Origin: Arsukibacterium sp. UBA3155
GTDB lineage: Bacteria > Pseudomonadota > Gammaproteobacteria > Enterobacterales > Alteromonadaceae
Assembly: GCF_002364615.1 (NCBI RefSeq)
Contig: NZ_DEYP01000026.1
Location: 54,488 to 118,487, forward strand
Reading direction: 5' to 3'
Length of the DNA: 64,000 nt
Part shown: positions 23,076 through 32,655 of the stretch, piece by piece
Position numbering within the stretch: position 1 is the stretch's first letter
Layout: the number at the start of each line of letters is the position of its first letter
Program-made: the position numbers and the translations under genes
Notes under the pieces: generated by a model
Told to the model about the DNA's origin: nothing
Seen by the model: the letters and a program-made list of their open reading frames with translations, nothing else
Database searches by the model: none

Positions 23076-25313
23076 ATGCGGCTAAATATAATAACAACAG
23101 CATTGCTCGCAGTCAGTTTGGTGGCAGCAGCAGATAATTCCGAAATAATGACGGAAGCGAAAACAGCGTTTGATGATGGTAGGTATGCCAGAGCAGTCGA
23201 GCTTTGGCAAAATCTGGCTATGGAAGGGGTAACGGCAGCGCAATTTGAGTTAGCCAAAGCCTACTCATTGGGGCAGGGTGTACAGCAAGACCCGCTGCAG
23301 GCCTCGTACTGGCTGGAACAGGCTGCGTCTAACAGCACTGACTTTGCTGAAATAACTGCTGCAAAGCGTGATATTGAGCGCGGTGCTCAGCGGTTGAGGG
23401 CTGAGCAATCAGCGGCAGAAACACAAACGGCTGTTATATCTGAGCAGACGCAATCAGCAGTATCTTCCCCTGCACCCCAGCGGGTAGTCGTCAGCAATGC
23501 CGCTGAACTCCCGCTTGGTACCAGTAATCCGGCCGCAGCGCTGGCAGGCGCTCAAGTGAATACTCAGCAACAAAGCAACGACAATGTTGTGGCTGAGCGC
23601 AGCGCGGATAAAACCACTACTAATACGCCGGTGGCCACCACCAATGTCAGCTCGGTCGATGTTGGTTCAGCCAATTTTGACACCGGCATGCGCGCCTTTA
23701 ATCGCGAAAATTACAGTGAAGCCCTGGCGCAGTGGTTGCCACTGGCGCAGGCTGGCAACCTTGATGCTCAATTTAACCTCGCCGCACTCTATGCCAACGG
23801 CCTGGGTGTTGCGGTAGATTATACCGAAGCGGCTAACTGGTTTGTTGCTGCCGCCGAGCAAGGCATGGCTGTCGCGCAATATCACCTGGCGACCTTGTTT
23901 GCCAATGGTCGCGGTGTGGGTAAAGACGATGTGCAGGCAGTGTACTGGTATCGCCAGGCTGCGCAGCAGGACTATTTGCTGGCCCAGTATAATCTGGGGT
24001 ACATGTATGCCAATGGCCGTGGTGTTAAGCAGGACGAAAGTGCTGCGCTAAACTGGTTTGAAAAGGCAGCGGCTCAGGGCGATGTTGATGCCCAGTTTAT
24101 TGTGGCTAACCGCTACAGTGATGGTCGTGGAACCACGGTTGATATGAGTCAGGCGGCGCGGTGGCTGCAGCTGGCGTCGGCGCAAAATCATACCCGCGCT
24201 GCTTATCAGCTTGGGTTATTGTATCGCGATGGCAATGGCGTCAGTAAGAACGATGATACGGCCTTCAAATTATTTTCAAAAGCGGCGGAACAAGGTTTAG
24301 CGGCAGCCCAGCGCGAAGTAGGTGCCAGTTACCTGCAGGGGCGTGGGGTGCGTGCTAACACCGGTCGTGCCAAAGAATGGCTGGAGCTGGCAGCAGCCCA
24401 GCAAGACGGTGATGCCAGTTATTACCTTGGCTTGTTGCTGCAACAAAGCGGTGGCCGCCAGGATGATTTACGCCGGGCAGTTGAATTATTTGAACTGGCA
24501 GCAAGCCAGGGCTCCGCCAATGCGCAGTACCAGTTAGGCTTAAGCTACGCCAACGGAACCGGGGTAGCGGTAGATGAACAGCAAGCCTTTAAATGGTTTG
24601 AGGCGGCTGCGCAGCAAGGGTTAGCCGTAGCCCAATATACTGCAGCGCTGCGCCTTGCCAATGGTACCGGCACAGCGCAGGATGATGCTGCAGCGGTGAG
24701 TTGGTATGAGCAGGCGGCTGCACAGGGCGAAGTGTTCGCTATGTATAATCTGGGTTTTATGTACGCGAGTGGCCGCGGTGTGGCTCAAAATGAGCAGCAG
24801 GCAGTATACTGGTATCAGAAAGTTGCAGAAAGTGGCGATGCCGATGCGCAGTTTAATATGGGGCTAAGGTTTGAAACCGGCCGGGGTGTTAAACAAAATG
24901 ATCAGCAAGCTGTTTACTGGTATCAGCAGGCCGCTGACAAGCAGCATGGCCGGGCGTTAGCCCATTTGGGCTGGCTGTATGAAAAAGGCTACGGTGTGCC
25001 GCAAGATGAGGCACGGGCGCTGGCGCTGTATCAAAGCTCGCTGGATGCTAAAGTACCTCGGGCGCTAACGGCACTTGGTATGTTTTATAAAAATGGCCGG
25101 CTGGTAAAAGCAGACGATAAAAAAGCAGTAGAGTTGTTCAGCCAGGCTGCGGAACAAGGTTATGCTACGGCCCAATATAATCTGGGCTGGATGTATGAAA
25201 ATGGCCGTGGTGTTGGCCGGGATTTAATTAAAGCCCGCGATTTTTACCAGTTGGCAGCCGCACAGAATGAACCTTTGGCAAAAGCACAACTGCATCGCTT
25301 GTTAAACCCCTAA
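23076..25313 (+). CDS. Exported Sel1-like repeat protein
   Basis: Signal peptide; about 15 repeats of the AQYxLGxxYxxGxGVxQDxxxAxxWYxxAAxQG type (1 + 14) separated by a low-complexity linker. Confidence 0.92.
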   Translation: MRLNIITTALLAVSLVAAADNSEIMTEAKTAFDDGRYARAVELWQNLAMEGVTAAQFELAKAYSLGQGVQQDPLQASYWLEQAASNSTDFAEITAAKRDIERGAQRLRAEQSAAETQTAVISEQTQSAVSSPAPQRVVVSNAAELPLGTSNPAAALAGAQVNTQQQSNDNVVAERSADKTTTNTPVATTNVSSVDVGSANFDTGMRAFNRENYSEALAQWLPLAQAGNLDAQFNLAALYANGLGVAVDYTEAANWFVAAAEQGMAVAQYHLATLFANGRGVGKDDVQAVYWYRQAAQQDYLLAQYNLGYMYANGRGVKQDESAALNWFEKAAAQGDVDAQFIVANRYSDGRGTTVDMSQAARWLQLASAQNHTRAAYQLGLLYRDGNGVSKNDDTAFKLFSKAAEQGLAAAQREVGASYLQGRGVRANTGRAKEWLELAAAQQDGDASYYLGLLLQQSGGRQDDLRRAVELFELAASQGSANAQYQLGLSYANGTGVAVDEQQAFKWFEAAAQQGLAVAQYTAALRLANGTGTAQDDAAAVSWYEQAAAQGEVFAMYNLGFMYASGRGVAQNEQQAVYWYQKVAESGDADAQFNMGLRFETGRGVKQNDQQAVYWYQQAADKQHGRALAHLGWLYEKGYGVPQDEARALALYQSSLDAKVPRALTALGMFYKNGRLVKADDKKAVELFSQAAEQGYATAQYNLGWMYENGRGVGRDLIKARDFYQLAAAQNEPLAKAQLHRLLNP

Positions 25314-25359
25314 ATAATCGCCGCCCACAACGGGCTTATTACGACACCAGCAACAATAA

Positions 25360-25387
25360 AAACAGGGCGCCGATCGGCGCCCTGTTT
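25360..25387. terminator. Bidirectional terminator (perfect 28-bp palindrome)
   Basis: AAACAGGGCGCCGATCGGCGCCCTGTTT between convergent genes. Confidence 0.8.
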
Positions 25388-25411
25388 ACGCAAGCTCAAT
25401 CACGAAAACGA

Positions 25412-27153
25412 TTAAGGATTGTAAGCGACCACCAGGTTAACACCTGTGAAGCTACTGTATGCACGAATACTGACATGCCAGGTATCCGCTACCGGATTAC
25501 TAAAGCTGCAGTTTTCATTATTGCCCTCTAAGTAGGGGCGGCAGTCAAAGGTAGTTGTAGTTGGCCTGGCACCGCGGCGCACAAATAAATCAGCATCACC
25601 AGTACCCCCGGAGATCGTTGCTGACAACGTCTTCATGCCTGTTGGTACTGTTATGGTGTAATGTAACCAATTGTTTGTTGTAGCCGATAGGTTAGTAACG
25701 GTACCGCCGCCACCGGCCGCCGGCATGGCTGCCGTAACGGCAGCATTAGCATCAACAATACCCGTGCCACAGCCGCTGCAACTTGCTGGGAAGCTGCGAC
25801 TGGAAGTTTTCAGGATAGTTTCAATTTCGTCTGGTGTGGCAGAGGGCTTAACCTGCTTAATCAGTGCCGCAACGCCCGCGACATGCGGCGCGGCCATGGA
25901 GGTTCCCTGACTATATCCATAGCTATCAGAGCCGGGCGTTGTGCTGCCCGTATTGTAAGTTGATAGTACACCATTTGGATCATTCGCCGAGGTCATTTGA
26001 CCGCCAGGCGCTGCTACATCTATGTTGGTGCCAAAGTTTGAGTAACTGGCGCGGCCACCTTGCCTATTAGTGGCGGCAACATTTACGACGCCGCTACAAT
26101 TACCGGGGTTATAATTAGTTGAATTGTCATTACTATTGCCGGCAGCTATTACTACTACCGCGCCAAGGCCACGCGCCTGGTTAATGGCATTTTGTGTGGT
26201 CGCACTACAGGCACCGCTGCCGCCCAGGCTCATATTAATTACTTTTGCCGGGTTCGCATTAGCAGGTACACCAGATACGCTTCCTCCCGCAGCCCAGATA
26301 ATACCGTCGGCAATATCAGAGGTATAGCCACCACATTTACCTAATACTCTTACCGGCACAATTTTTGCGTTGTAGGCAACGCCAGCCACGCCGCGGTTAT
26401 TATTAGTTACTGCCGCTATGGTGCCAGCTACATGGGTACCATGCCAGCTAGAGGCGCGGAAAGAAGTGGGTTGACCATTGCCACACTCACCTGCATTGGT
26501 CCAGTCGCCGTTATCACGGGCATCACTATCACGACCGTTGCTATCGTTACCAATAAAAGCGTCTGAAATCATGTCATAGCCAGGTAGCAGATTTGCGTTT
26601 AAATCAATATGCGGCCGGTAGCCAGTATCCAGTACGGCAACAACGACCCCCTGGCCCGTTGCTTTATCCCATGCGGCTGGTGCCCGCAGGCCGCCGGTGG
26701 TTTCAGAGTAATGCCACTGGCTGGTGTAACTGGTGTCGTTAGGTGTAAACGCCGTTTGCATTAAGACGTCTTCTTCGACAAATTCTACTTCGTCATCAGC
26801 GGCCAGTTGCTCGAGCATCGCTGTAGTTTCGCTTTTAGAAAGCTTTCTGCTGGCGCCATAAACGGCGTGACGTTTTAGCGCGGTCTCTTTGACAAAGCTG
26901 ACTCGTTCGCCGGCCCGATCACTGAAGCGTTCAGCTTTTCTTTTTAATTTTTCTGCCCGACGTTGCTCACGGATTTTTAGTGGTAATTGACCGGTATCAC
27001 TGTCGGTTTCAACATATTTAACAATAAAGCGGGTCACCGGGTCACCGGGCCATCGGCATAGTCGATGGTTTCTTCAGCTTGCAAGTTACTGCAAAACGCA
27101 ACCGGTAAACACAATAAAGCAAGGCGACTTAATTTAAATGTACGGAATTTCAT
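25412..27153 (-). pseudogene. S8 subtilase with C-terminal PPC domain, frameshifted by an 8-bp tandem duplication
   Basis: Triad VLDTG, HGTHVAG, GTSMAAPH in ORF 25412-27037. The signal-peptide ORF from ATG 27153 (MKFRTFKLSRLALLCLP...) stops at 27034-27036 because GGGTCACC is duplicated at 27031-27046; removing 8 bp gives a 578-codon frame. Confidence 0.88.
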
Positions 27154-27502
27154 AATGAACTCTTAATTATTGTTTTTAATGGCATCCCTGGGTTTGATGA
27201 AAACATGCTGTTACACCACAGCAACATCGTAACTGTTTTAATAAAATTGTAAGAATTTGTATATAGGCAAAACAAAGATAAATTTTGGCTGCGTCATCCA
27301 GTTTGGCTGTCGTTTCAAAAAAAGGTATGTTTGATGGTTTAACGGTGTTTTCTATGTTCAGGCAGGGCACGATAAATATAGGGTGTAGCAATTTAATTCC
27401 AGAATGAGTTATAGCTTTTAGTTATAACATATATATTTAAGATTTAATTTCAGTAAAAGTAATGGCGCCACGCGGCGCCATTATTTAATGAATAAGCGTT
27501 TC

Positions 27503-29821
27503 TTAAGGCTTATATTCTACAACCAGTTTTAAACCGCTAAAACTGCTGTATGCGCGCAAACTGACATGATAAACAGCCGCTTGCGGATTACTGAAGCTGC
27601 AACTTTCGTTGCTACCGTTTTTATATGGCCGGCAGTCATAAGTGGTTGTTGTAGGCTGGCTGCCTCGACGCACATATAAATCGGCATCGCCGGTACCGCC
27701 AGAGCTGGTTGCTGTTAATGAGCTCATGCCAGCAGGAACCGTAATAGTGTAGTGTAACCAGTTACCTTTAGTCGCGCTCAGATTTTCTAAAGTACCGCCA
27801 CCGCCAGTACTGCCGCCGCCAGCAGGTGCAGTATAATCGGCCACCAGCGACATACCTGCGTAAGCACTGTAACCGCTGATCATGACATGGTAAACACCAG
27901 CCTGAGGCGTGGCAAAGCTACAGTTTTCTGCATTACCGCCTTTATAAGGACGGCAATCGTAGCTTGACGTGGTTGGCTGGCTGCCAAAGCGCACGTATAA
28001 ATCAGCATCGCCGCTGCCACCTGACATATTAAAGCTCAGGTTGCTAGCACCAGCCGGCACGGTAATAGTGAAATAAGTTGCAGAGCCGGTAGCACCAGTC
28101 AGGTTGGTTTTAGCAACCGCTTTTTCCAGCTCGTTGCCAGACGGTGGTGGTGGGGTGGTGCCGCCGCCAGTACCAGAACCATCACAGCCTTGCTGGTTGA
28201 TATAGTCATATGCGGCTTTCGCGCGCACCAAGCCGAAACCATAAGAATTATCACGACCCGCTGCACCAAGATCCTCAGCGGTAACGGCTAATACATTACG
28301 GATTTGAGCATTGGTACATTGCGGGAAGTGGCTCCATACCAGTGCGGCCATACCGGCAACATGTGGCGATGCCATAGACGTACCGCTCATCAGGCCGTAG
28401 TTGCTGGCGCCAGAGCTGACGAAGGTTGTTTGCCCCAACCGACCTTGTAATGCCTGACCGACAGCTTGGGTTACGGCAAGGGCTGGAATGGTTGTACCAG
28501 GGTTATCACCCAGAGTGCCACCAAAATCGCCCGTGGTGTTGTTATAAATGATCGCTGCTAAACCGCCGCCATTTTCGCAAGATTGTACTTTTTGTACAAA
28601 ACTGACGCTGCCACGTTCAATCAGACAGATTTTATTGGCGACACTGGCACACGTGGTGTCACCCAGGCCACAATTAGCTAGAGCAGCATTAGCACTGCCG
28701 TCGCTGGAGTTGGTCATTGGCGAGCTTTCATAGTTCGTAGTGCCAACACTCAGAATGGCTTCAAGGCCGGTACCTTCAGGGTAGGTAGAGCGGATATCCA
28801 CACCCGGCGCTGCCAGTTCCACCTGAGTATTGCGCTGTGAGAAATCAGCTAATACTTTGTTTTTATCGATAGCGGCAACTGAAATAACCGAATTGTATGA
28901 CGCCGGATACGACATCACCGTATTACCGTCGTTACCCGCCGCAGCAATCAGCAGTACGCCTTGATCAAAAGCCGCTTGCATCGCGTTGCTTTCAGTAGTG
29001 TTAGCACCACCACCACCTAAACTCATGTTGATAACGGTAGAGCCATTAGAAACACAGGTATTTACTGCATTAGCCAGCGTAGAGCTGTAGCCCCAACCTT
29101 CTTCGTTAAATACTTTAACAATATGCAACTTTACGTTGCCGTTTGGCATTACACCGACCATACCGGTGCTGTTATTTAGTGCGGCAATAGTGCCTGCAAC
29201 ATGAGTACCATGCGGACCGCCGTTATCAAACCAGTTGCCGGTACCTGCATCGTTGGTACCGGTAATATTACCGGTTAAGAAATCTTCGTGTGGTAAGTCT
29301 AAACCTGAATCGATAATACAGACTTTCTGATTAGAGGCGAACTGGTCACTGACCTGGTTTGCCTGAACCATAGTGTAGCCATAAGGAATTTGCTGTGCTA
29401 ACAGGTGGCGTTTATAATCTTCCTCAACCAGTTCAACACTGCTGTCGGCCTGCAATTCAATCAGGGCGGCATCGTCCAGCTCAACGGCGATAGCTGACTG
29501 CGCTGCCAGCATCATTTTAACTTTGCCGCCGCGCTGTGCCAGCTTTTCAGATTTACGTTCCAGATTATATAACCGGCGCGCGTTGGCGTTAGTGGAGTAT
29601 AGCCCAGGGCCCGTCTGCTCCATGCTCTGTTGCTTATACCTGACGATATAGCGTTTGGCATTTTGTGAATTGTCAGCTGCGTTAGCTTTGGCATTTTTGG
29701 GATGGGCGTTGGCAAACAGACGCGGCTGGTTGTCATCAGCCATTAAAGTGGGCGTCATAAGTATACTGGCTGGTATACATAGCAGGGCAAGCTGGCTAAG
29801 TTTAAATTTGGGTTTATACAT
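27503..29821 (-). CDS. S8 subtilase with I9 propeptide, PA domain and two PPC domains
   Basis: IIDSG, HGTHVAG, GTSMASPH triad; PA insert (CLIERGSVSF); two GGSGDADLYV-type PPC domains; ATG 29821 gives a signal peptide. Confidence 0.92.
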   Translation of the reverse strand: MYKPKFKLSQLALLCIPASILMTPTLMADDNQPRLFANAHPKNAKANAADNSQNAKRYIVRYKQQSMEQTGPGLYSTNANARRLYNLERKSEKLAQRGGKVKMMLAAQSAIAVELDDAALIELQADSSVELVEEDYKRHLLAQQIPYGYTMVQANQVSDQFASNQKVCIIDSGLDLPHEDFLTGNITGTNDAGTGNWFDNGGPHGTHVAGTIAALNNSTGMVGVMPNGNVKLHIVKVFNEEGWGYSSTLANAVNTCVSNGSTVINMSLGGGGANTTESNAMQAAFDQGVLLIAAAGNDGNTVMSYPASYNSVISVAAIDKNKVLADFSQRNTQVELAAPGVDIRSTYPEGTGLEAILSVGTTNYESSPMTNSSDGSANAALANCGLGDTTCASVANKICLIERGSVSFVQKVQSCENGGGLAAIIYNNTTGDFGGTLGDNPGTTIPALAVTQAVGQALQGRLGQTTFVSSGASNYGLMSGTSMASPHVAGMAALVWSHFPQCTNAQIRNVLAVTAEDLGAAGRDNSYGFGLVRAKAAYDYINQQGCDGSGTGGGTTPPPPSGNELEKAVAKTNLTGATGSATYFTITVPAGASNLSFNMSGGSGDADLYVRFGSQPTTSSYDCRPYKGGNAENCSFATPQAGVYHVMISGYSAYAGMSLVADYTAPAGGGSTGGGGTLENLSATKGNWLHYTITVPAGMSSLTATSSGGTGDADLYVRRGSQPTTTTYDCRPYKNGSNESCSFSNPQAAVYHVSLRAYSSFSGLKLVVEYKP

Positions 29822-30222
29822 GAATACACTCTTATTGTTTATAGTAATTATCATTTCCTGGATTGGGATGACCGCATATTGCAAATCAGCAATAACATCA
29901 AAGTTACTATTATCCAAAATGTAACTAAGTGTAAATGCGTGAATTAGTGACAACTGTTAACAGCTGAGCTTGGTAAAGTAGAGCGTTTCTAAAAAAGGGC
30001 TATTTTATTTTTGGCGAAATAAGCAACAAGCCAACTACAGCGGGCCAGCTCGCCGTGCGATAGATGACAATTAAGGTGTTGCTTTATAATTTAAAGTTAT
30101 TAGTTAGCAGTAAAATTCATAAGCGGTGGTGTGATAGCCCTACAATTAAGTTCACGTTTGCCAATTGCATATGACGCGCCTGTCACCGACAATAGCGTTT
30201 TTTTGTAAAAGAGCTTTTTAGC

Positions 30223-31404
30223 ATGCAGCAGTGGGATGTAATTGTAATAGGTGCCGGTGCGGCAGGCCTGATGTGTGCTATTGAAGCTGGCAAGCGCGGT
30301 CGCAGTGTCCTGGTGCTGGATAACGGTAAACGGGTAGGCCGGAAGATCCTGATGTCGGGCGGCGGTCGTTGCAATTTCACCAATATGTATAGCAGCCCGG
30401 AAAACTTTCTGTCGCAAAATAAGCATTTTTGTAAGTCAGCGCTTAGCCGTTACACCCAGTGGGACTTTATTGCCCTGGTGCAAAAGCATGCCATTCCCTA
30501 TCACGAGAAAACCCTGGGCCAGCTATTTTGTGATGATTCTGCCAAAGATATTGTTGAAATGCTGCTGAAAGAGGCGAAAGCGGTCAATGTGCACATTGCG
30601 CTGCAGCAAAGCATCACCGGCGTCGGCTTTGGCGATGGTCAATACACTGTTACCACCGCAGAGCTAAGCCGGCAGTGTCACAGTTTAGTTGTTGCCAGTG
30701 GTGGTTTAAGCCTGCCCAATTTAGGCGCTACTGCTTTTGGTTTTCAGCTGGCCGAGCAGTTTGGTTTAAAAGTCCTGCCCCTGCGCGCTGCGCTGGTGCC
30801 GCTAACCTGGCAACCGAGTGACAAAGCAATATTTGAGGAAATCAGTGGTGTATCGCTGCCAGTAACAGCCGAAGCGAATGGCACCTTGTTCCCCGAGGAT
30901 ATGTTATTTACCCACCGCGGCTTAAGCGGGCCGGCGATATTACAAATTTCCAGCTACTGGCAACCCGGCGATCCGGTCATTGTGAATATGTCGCCCCAAA
31001 CCGACATTGGCGAATTTCTGGCGGCGCAGCAGCAAGCGCATCCGGAGCAGGAGGTCAAAACCGCGCTGGCTAAACTATTACCGAAACGCTTAGTTGAAAA
31101 ACTGCTGGAGCTGCAGGTTTTTACTAATCAGCCGTTAAAAGCACTTAATAATAAAAGCATTAAACAAATCGCCGACAGCCTGCATGGTTATCTGTTTAAA
31201 CCCAATGGCACCGAAGGTTACCGCACGGCAGAAGTGACCATTGGTGGCGTTGATACCGATTATTTATCCTCGAAAACCATGGAAGCAAAACAGCAACCTG
31301 GTTTGTATTTTATCGGCGAAGTGGTCGACGTCACCGGCTGGTTGGGCGGCTATAACTTTCAATGGGCCTGGGCCAGTGGCTGGGTTGCCGGGCAGTACTG
31401 TTGA
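30223..31404 (+). CDS. yhiN: HI0933/YhiN/BaiN-family flavoprotein
   Basis: GAGAAG, KILMSGGGRCNFTN, FTHRGLSGP, GGYNFQWAWASG. Confidence 0.92.
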   Translation: MQQWDVIVIGAGAAGLMCAIEAGKRGRSVLVLDNGKRVGRKILMSGGGRCNFTNMYSSPENFLSQNKHFCKSALSRYTQWDFIALVQKHAIPYHEKTLGQLFCDDSAKDIVEMLLKEAKAVNVHIALQQSITGVGFGDGQYTVTTAELSRQCHSLVVASGGLSLPNLGATAFGFQLAEQFGLKVLPLRAALVPLTWQPSDKAIFEEISGVSLPVTAEANGTLFPEDMLFTHRGLSGPAILQISSYWQPGDPVIVNMSPQTDIGEFLAAQQQAHPEQEVKTALAKLLPKRLVEKLLELQVFTNQPLKALNNKSIKQIADSLHGYLFKPNGTEGYRTAEVTIGGVDTDYLSSKTMEAKQQPGLYFIGEVVDVTGWLGGYNFQWAWASGWVAGQYC

Positions 31405-31551
31405 AGTTACATAATATCGTGTCACACCATGCCTGAAAAAAGCACTTCTACAATAGTTGACTATAATAGTCGCTGCAGTGTGCCTTCGCCGTTTACATAT
31501 GAAGTCTCTTAATTCAGTTGTTGTTAGTTAAATTCATAAAAAGGAATCATT

Positions 31552-32469
31552 ATGAAAAACATCTTAAAAAGGTCGACTTTAGTTGTAGCTGTATCAATGC
31601 TGTTATCGTCACAAGCCATAGCAAACCCCTCAACCACTATTGAACTTATTGAATATCCTGGAGCGGAAAATACCCAGGCGTGGAGCATCAATAGCAAAGG
31701 TGAAGTCGTTGCATCATCAGCGGTAAGCTTTATTTATGATCGCAAGTCCGGCGGTGTCACAGAGATTGACACCCCTGTTGGATACGAGAATTTAGCTGTT
31801 TTTGCTACTTCGGAGTCTGGTGATAAAGTTGGCTCAGCAATTGACGTAAATACCGGCCGCACGGTCGGTGTTTTTATTGATAAAAAAGGTAATGTCGATA
31901 CCTTTGAACATCCCGACTCTAATGGTTTTACCCAAGCAAGGGCAATGAACAGTAAGGGTATGATTTCGGGTTTCTATTTTGATCAGAATTCCGGTGAAAG
32001 CTACGGATTTCTTTATGACCGGAAAAATACCGCCTTTACCACGATTGTTGAGAGCGCTTTTACTATTTCACAGGGCATAAATGCCTCAGGACAGACAGTA
32101 GGAAGTGCAATATTTTTAGAGAACAACCCCTGTGATCCTGCATCGCCTTTTGCCCGCTACGCTTGGGTCCGCAATCCTTCCGGTGATGTGATGTATTTTA
32201 ACATTGAGGGCTTTCAATCCGCAGCCAGAGGTATTGCCAGCAATGGCACTATCGTCGGCTTTTATTTTGACAATGAAGGGCCTAAAGGATTTAAGATTGC
32301 AACGCCAAAGACACAGTGCGCTACTATTACGTTGGAAGAAGGAGAGCGGGTAAATATTCCGGATGCAATCGGCACTTATCCACAGTATATTTCAGATAAC
32401 GGTAAAAACATTGTTGGTCAATTTATTACTGAAGATCAAAATTTTGTTGGTTTTGTAATAGGTAAATAA
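31552..32469 (+). CDS. Secreted repeat protein, probable beta-propeller (HAF-like repeats)
   Basis: Signal peptide; recurring AxxINxxGxxVG units (AWSINSKGEVV, ARAMNSKGMISG, SQGINASGQTVG, ARGIASNGTIVG, QYISDNGKNIVG); AT-richer than its neighbours. Confidence 0.75.
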   Translation: MKNILKRSTLVVAVSMLLSSQAIANPSTTIELIEYPGAENTQAWSINSKGEVVASSAVSFIYDRKSGGVTEIDTPVGYENLAVFATSESGDKVGSAIDVNTGRTVGVFIDKKGNVDTFEHPDSNGFTQARAMNSKGMISGFYFDQNSGESYGFLYDRKNTAFTTIVESAFTISQGINASGQTVGSAIFLENNPCDPASPFARYAWVRNPSGDVMYFNIEGFQSAARGIASNGTIVGFYFDNEGPKGFKIATPKTQCATITLEEGERVNIPDAIGTYPQYISDNGKNIVGQFITEDQNFVGFVIGK

Positions 32470-32481
32470 GCAACCAACCAA

Positions 32482-32514
32482 GTGGTTGGATAGGTCATCC
32501 TGCTATCCAACCAC
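32482..32514 (+). terminator. Hairpin after the propeller gene
   Basis: GTGGTTGGATAG-9 nt-CTATCCAACCAC. Confidence 0.6.
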
Positions 32515-32521
32515 ATAACGC

Positions 32522-32584
32522 CTTACACCTAATGGTACCGGGAGTTACTTACCACTGAGTGAGGTAGCCGGGCGGTATTGTTAA
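32522..32584 (+). pseudogene. Decayed, internally deleted copy of the yhiN 3' end
   Basis: 32522-32548 matches 31195-31221 at 20/27 nt (LTPNGTGSY vs FKPNGTEGY); 32563-32584 matches 31383-31404 at 18/22 nt (VAGRYC* vs VAGQYC*). Confidence 0.72.
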
Positions 32585-32655
32585 TTTTACAAAACCGGGT
32601 AGATATTACAGACAATTCTGCCGGGTTTTTCTCTGCCACAAACTGTTTATTAACG

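Noticed and set aside
23076-25313. Repetitive DNA in the Sel1 gene as a possible CRISPR or tandem array
   Set aside because: The periodicity is explained by 36-aa Sel1 protein repeats; there are no identical DNA repeats with unique spacers.
29822-29953. 44-aa extension on the large subtilase ORF
   Set aside because: AT-rich promoter DNA; the signal peptide begins at ATG 29821.
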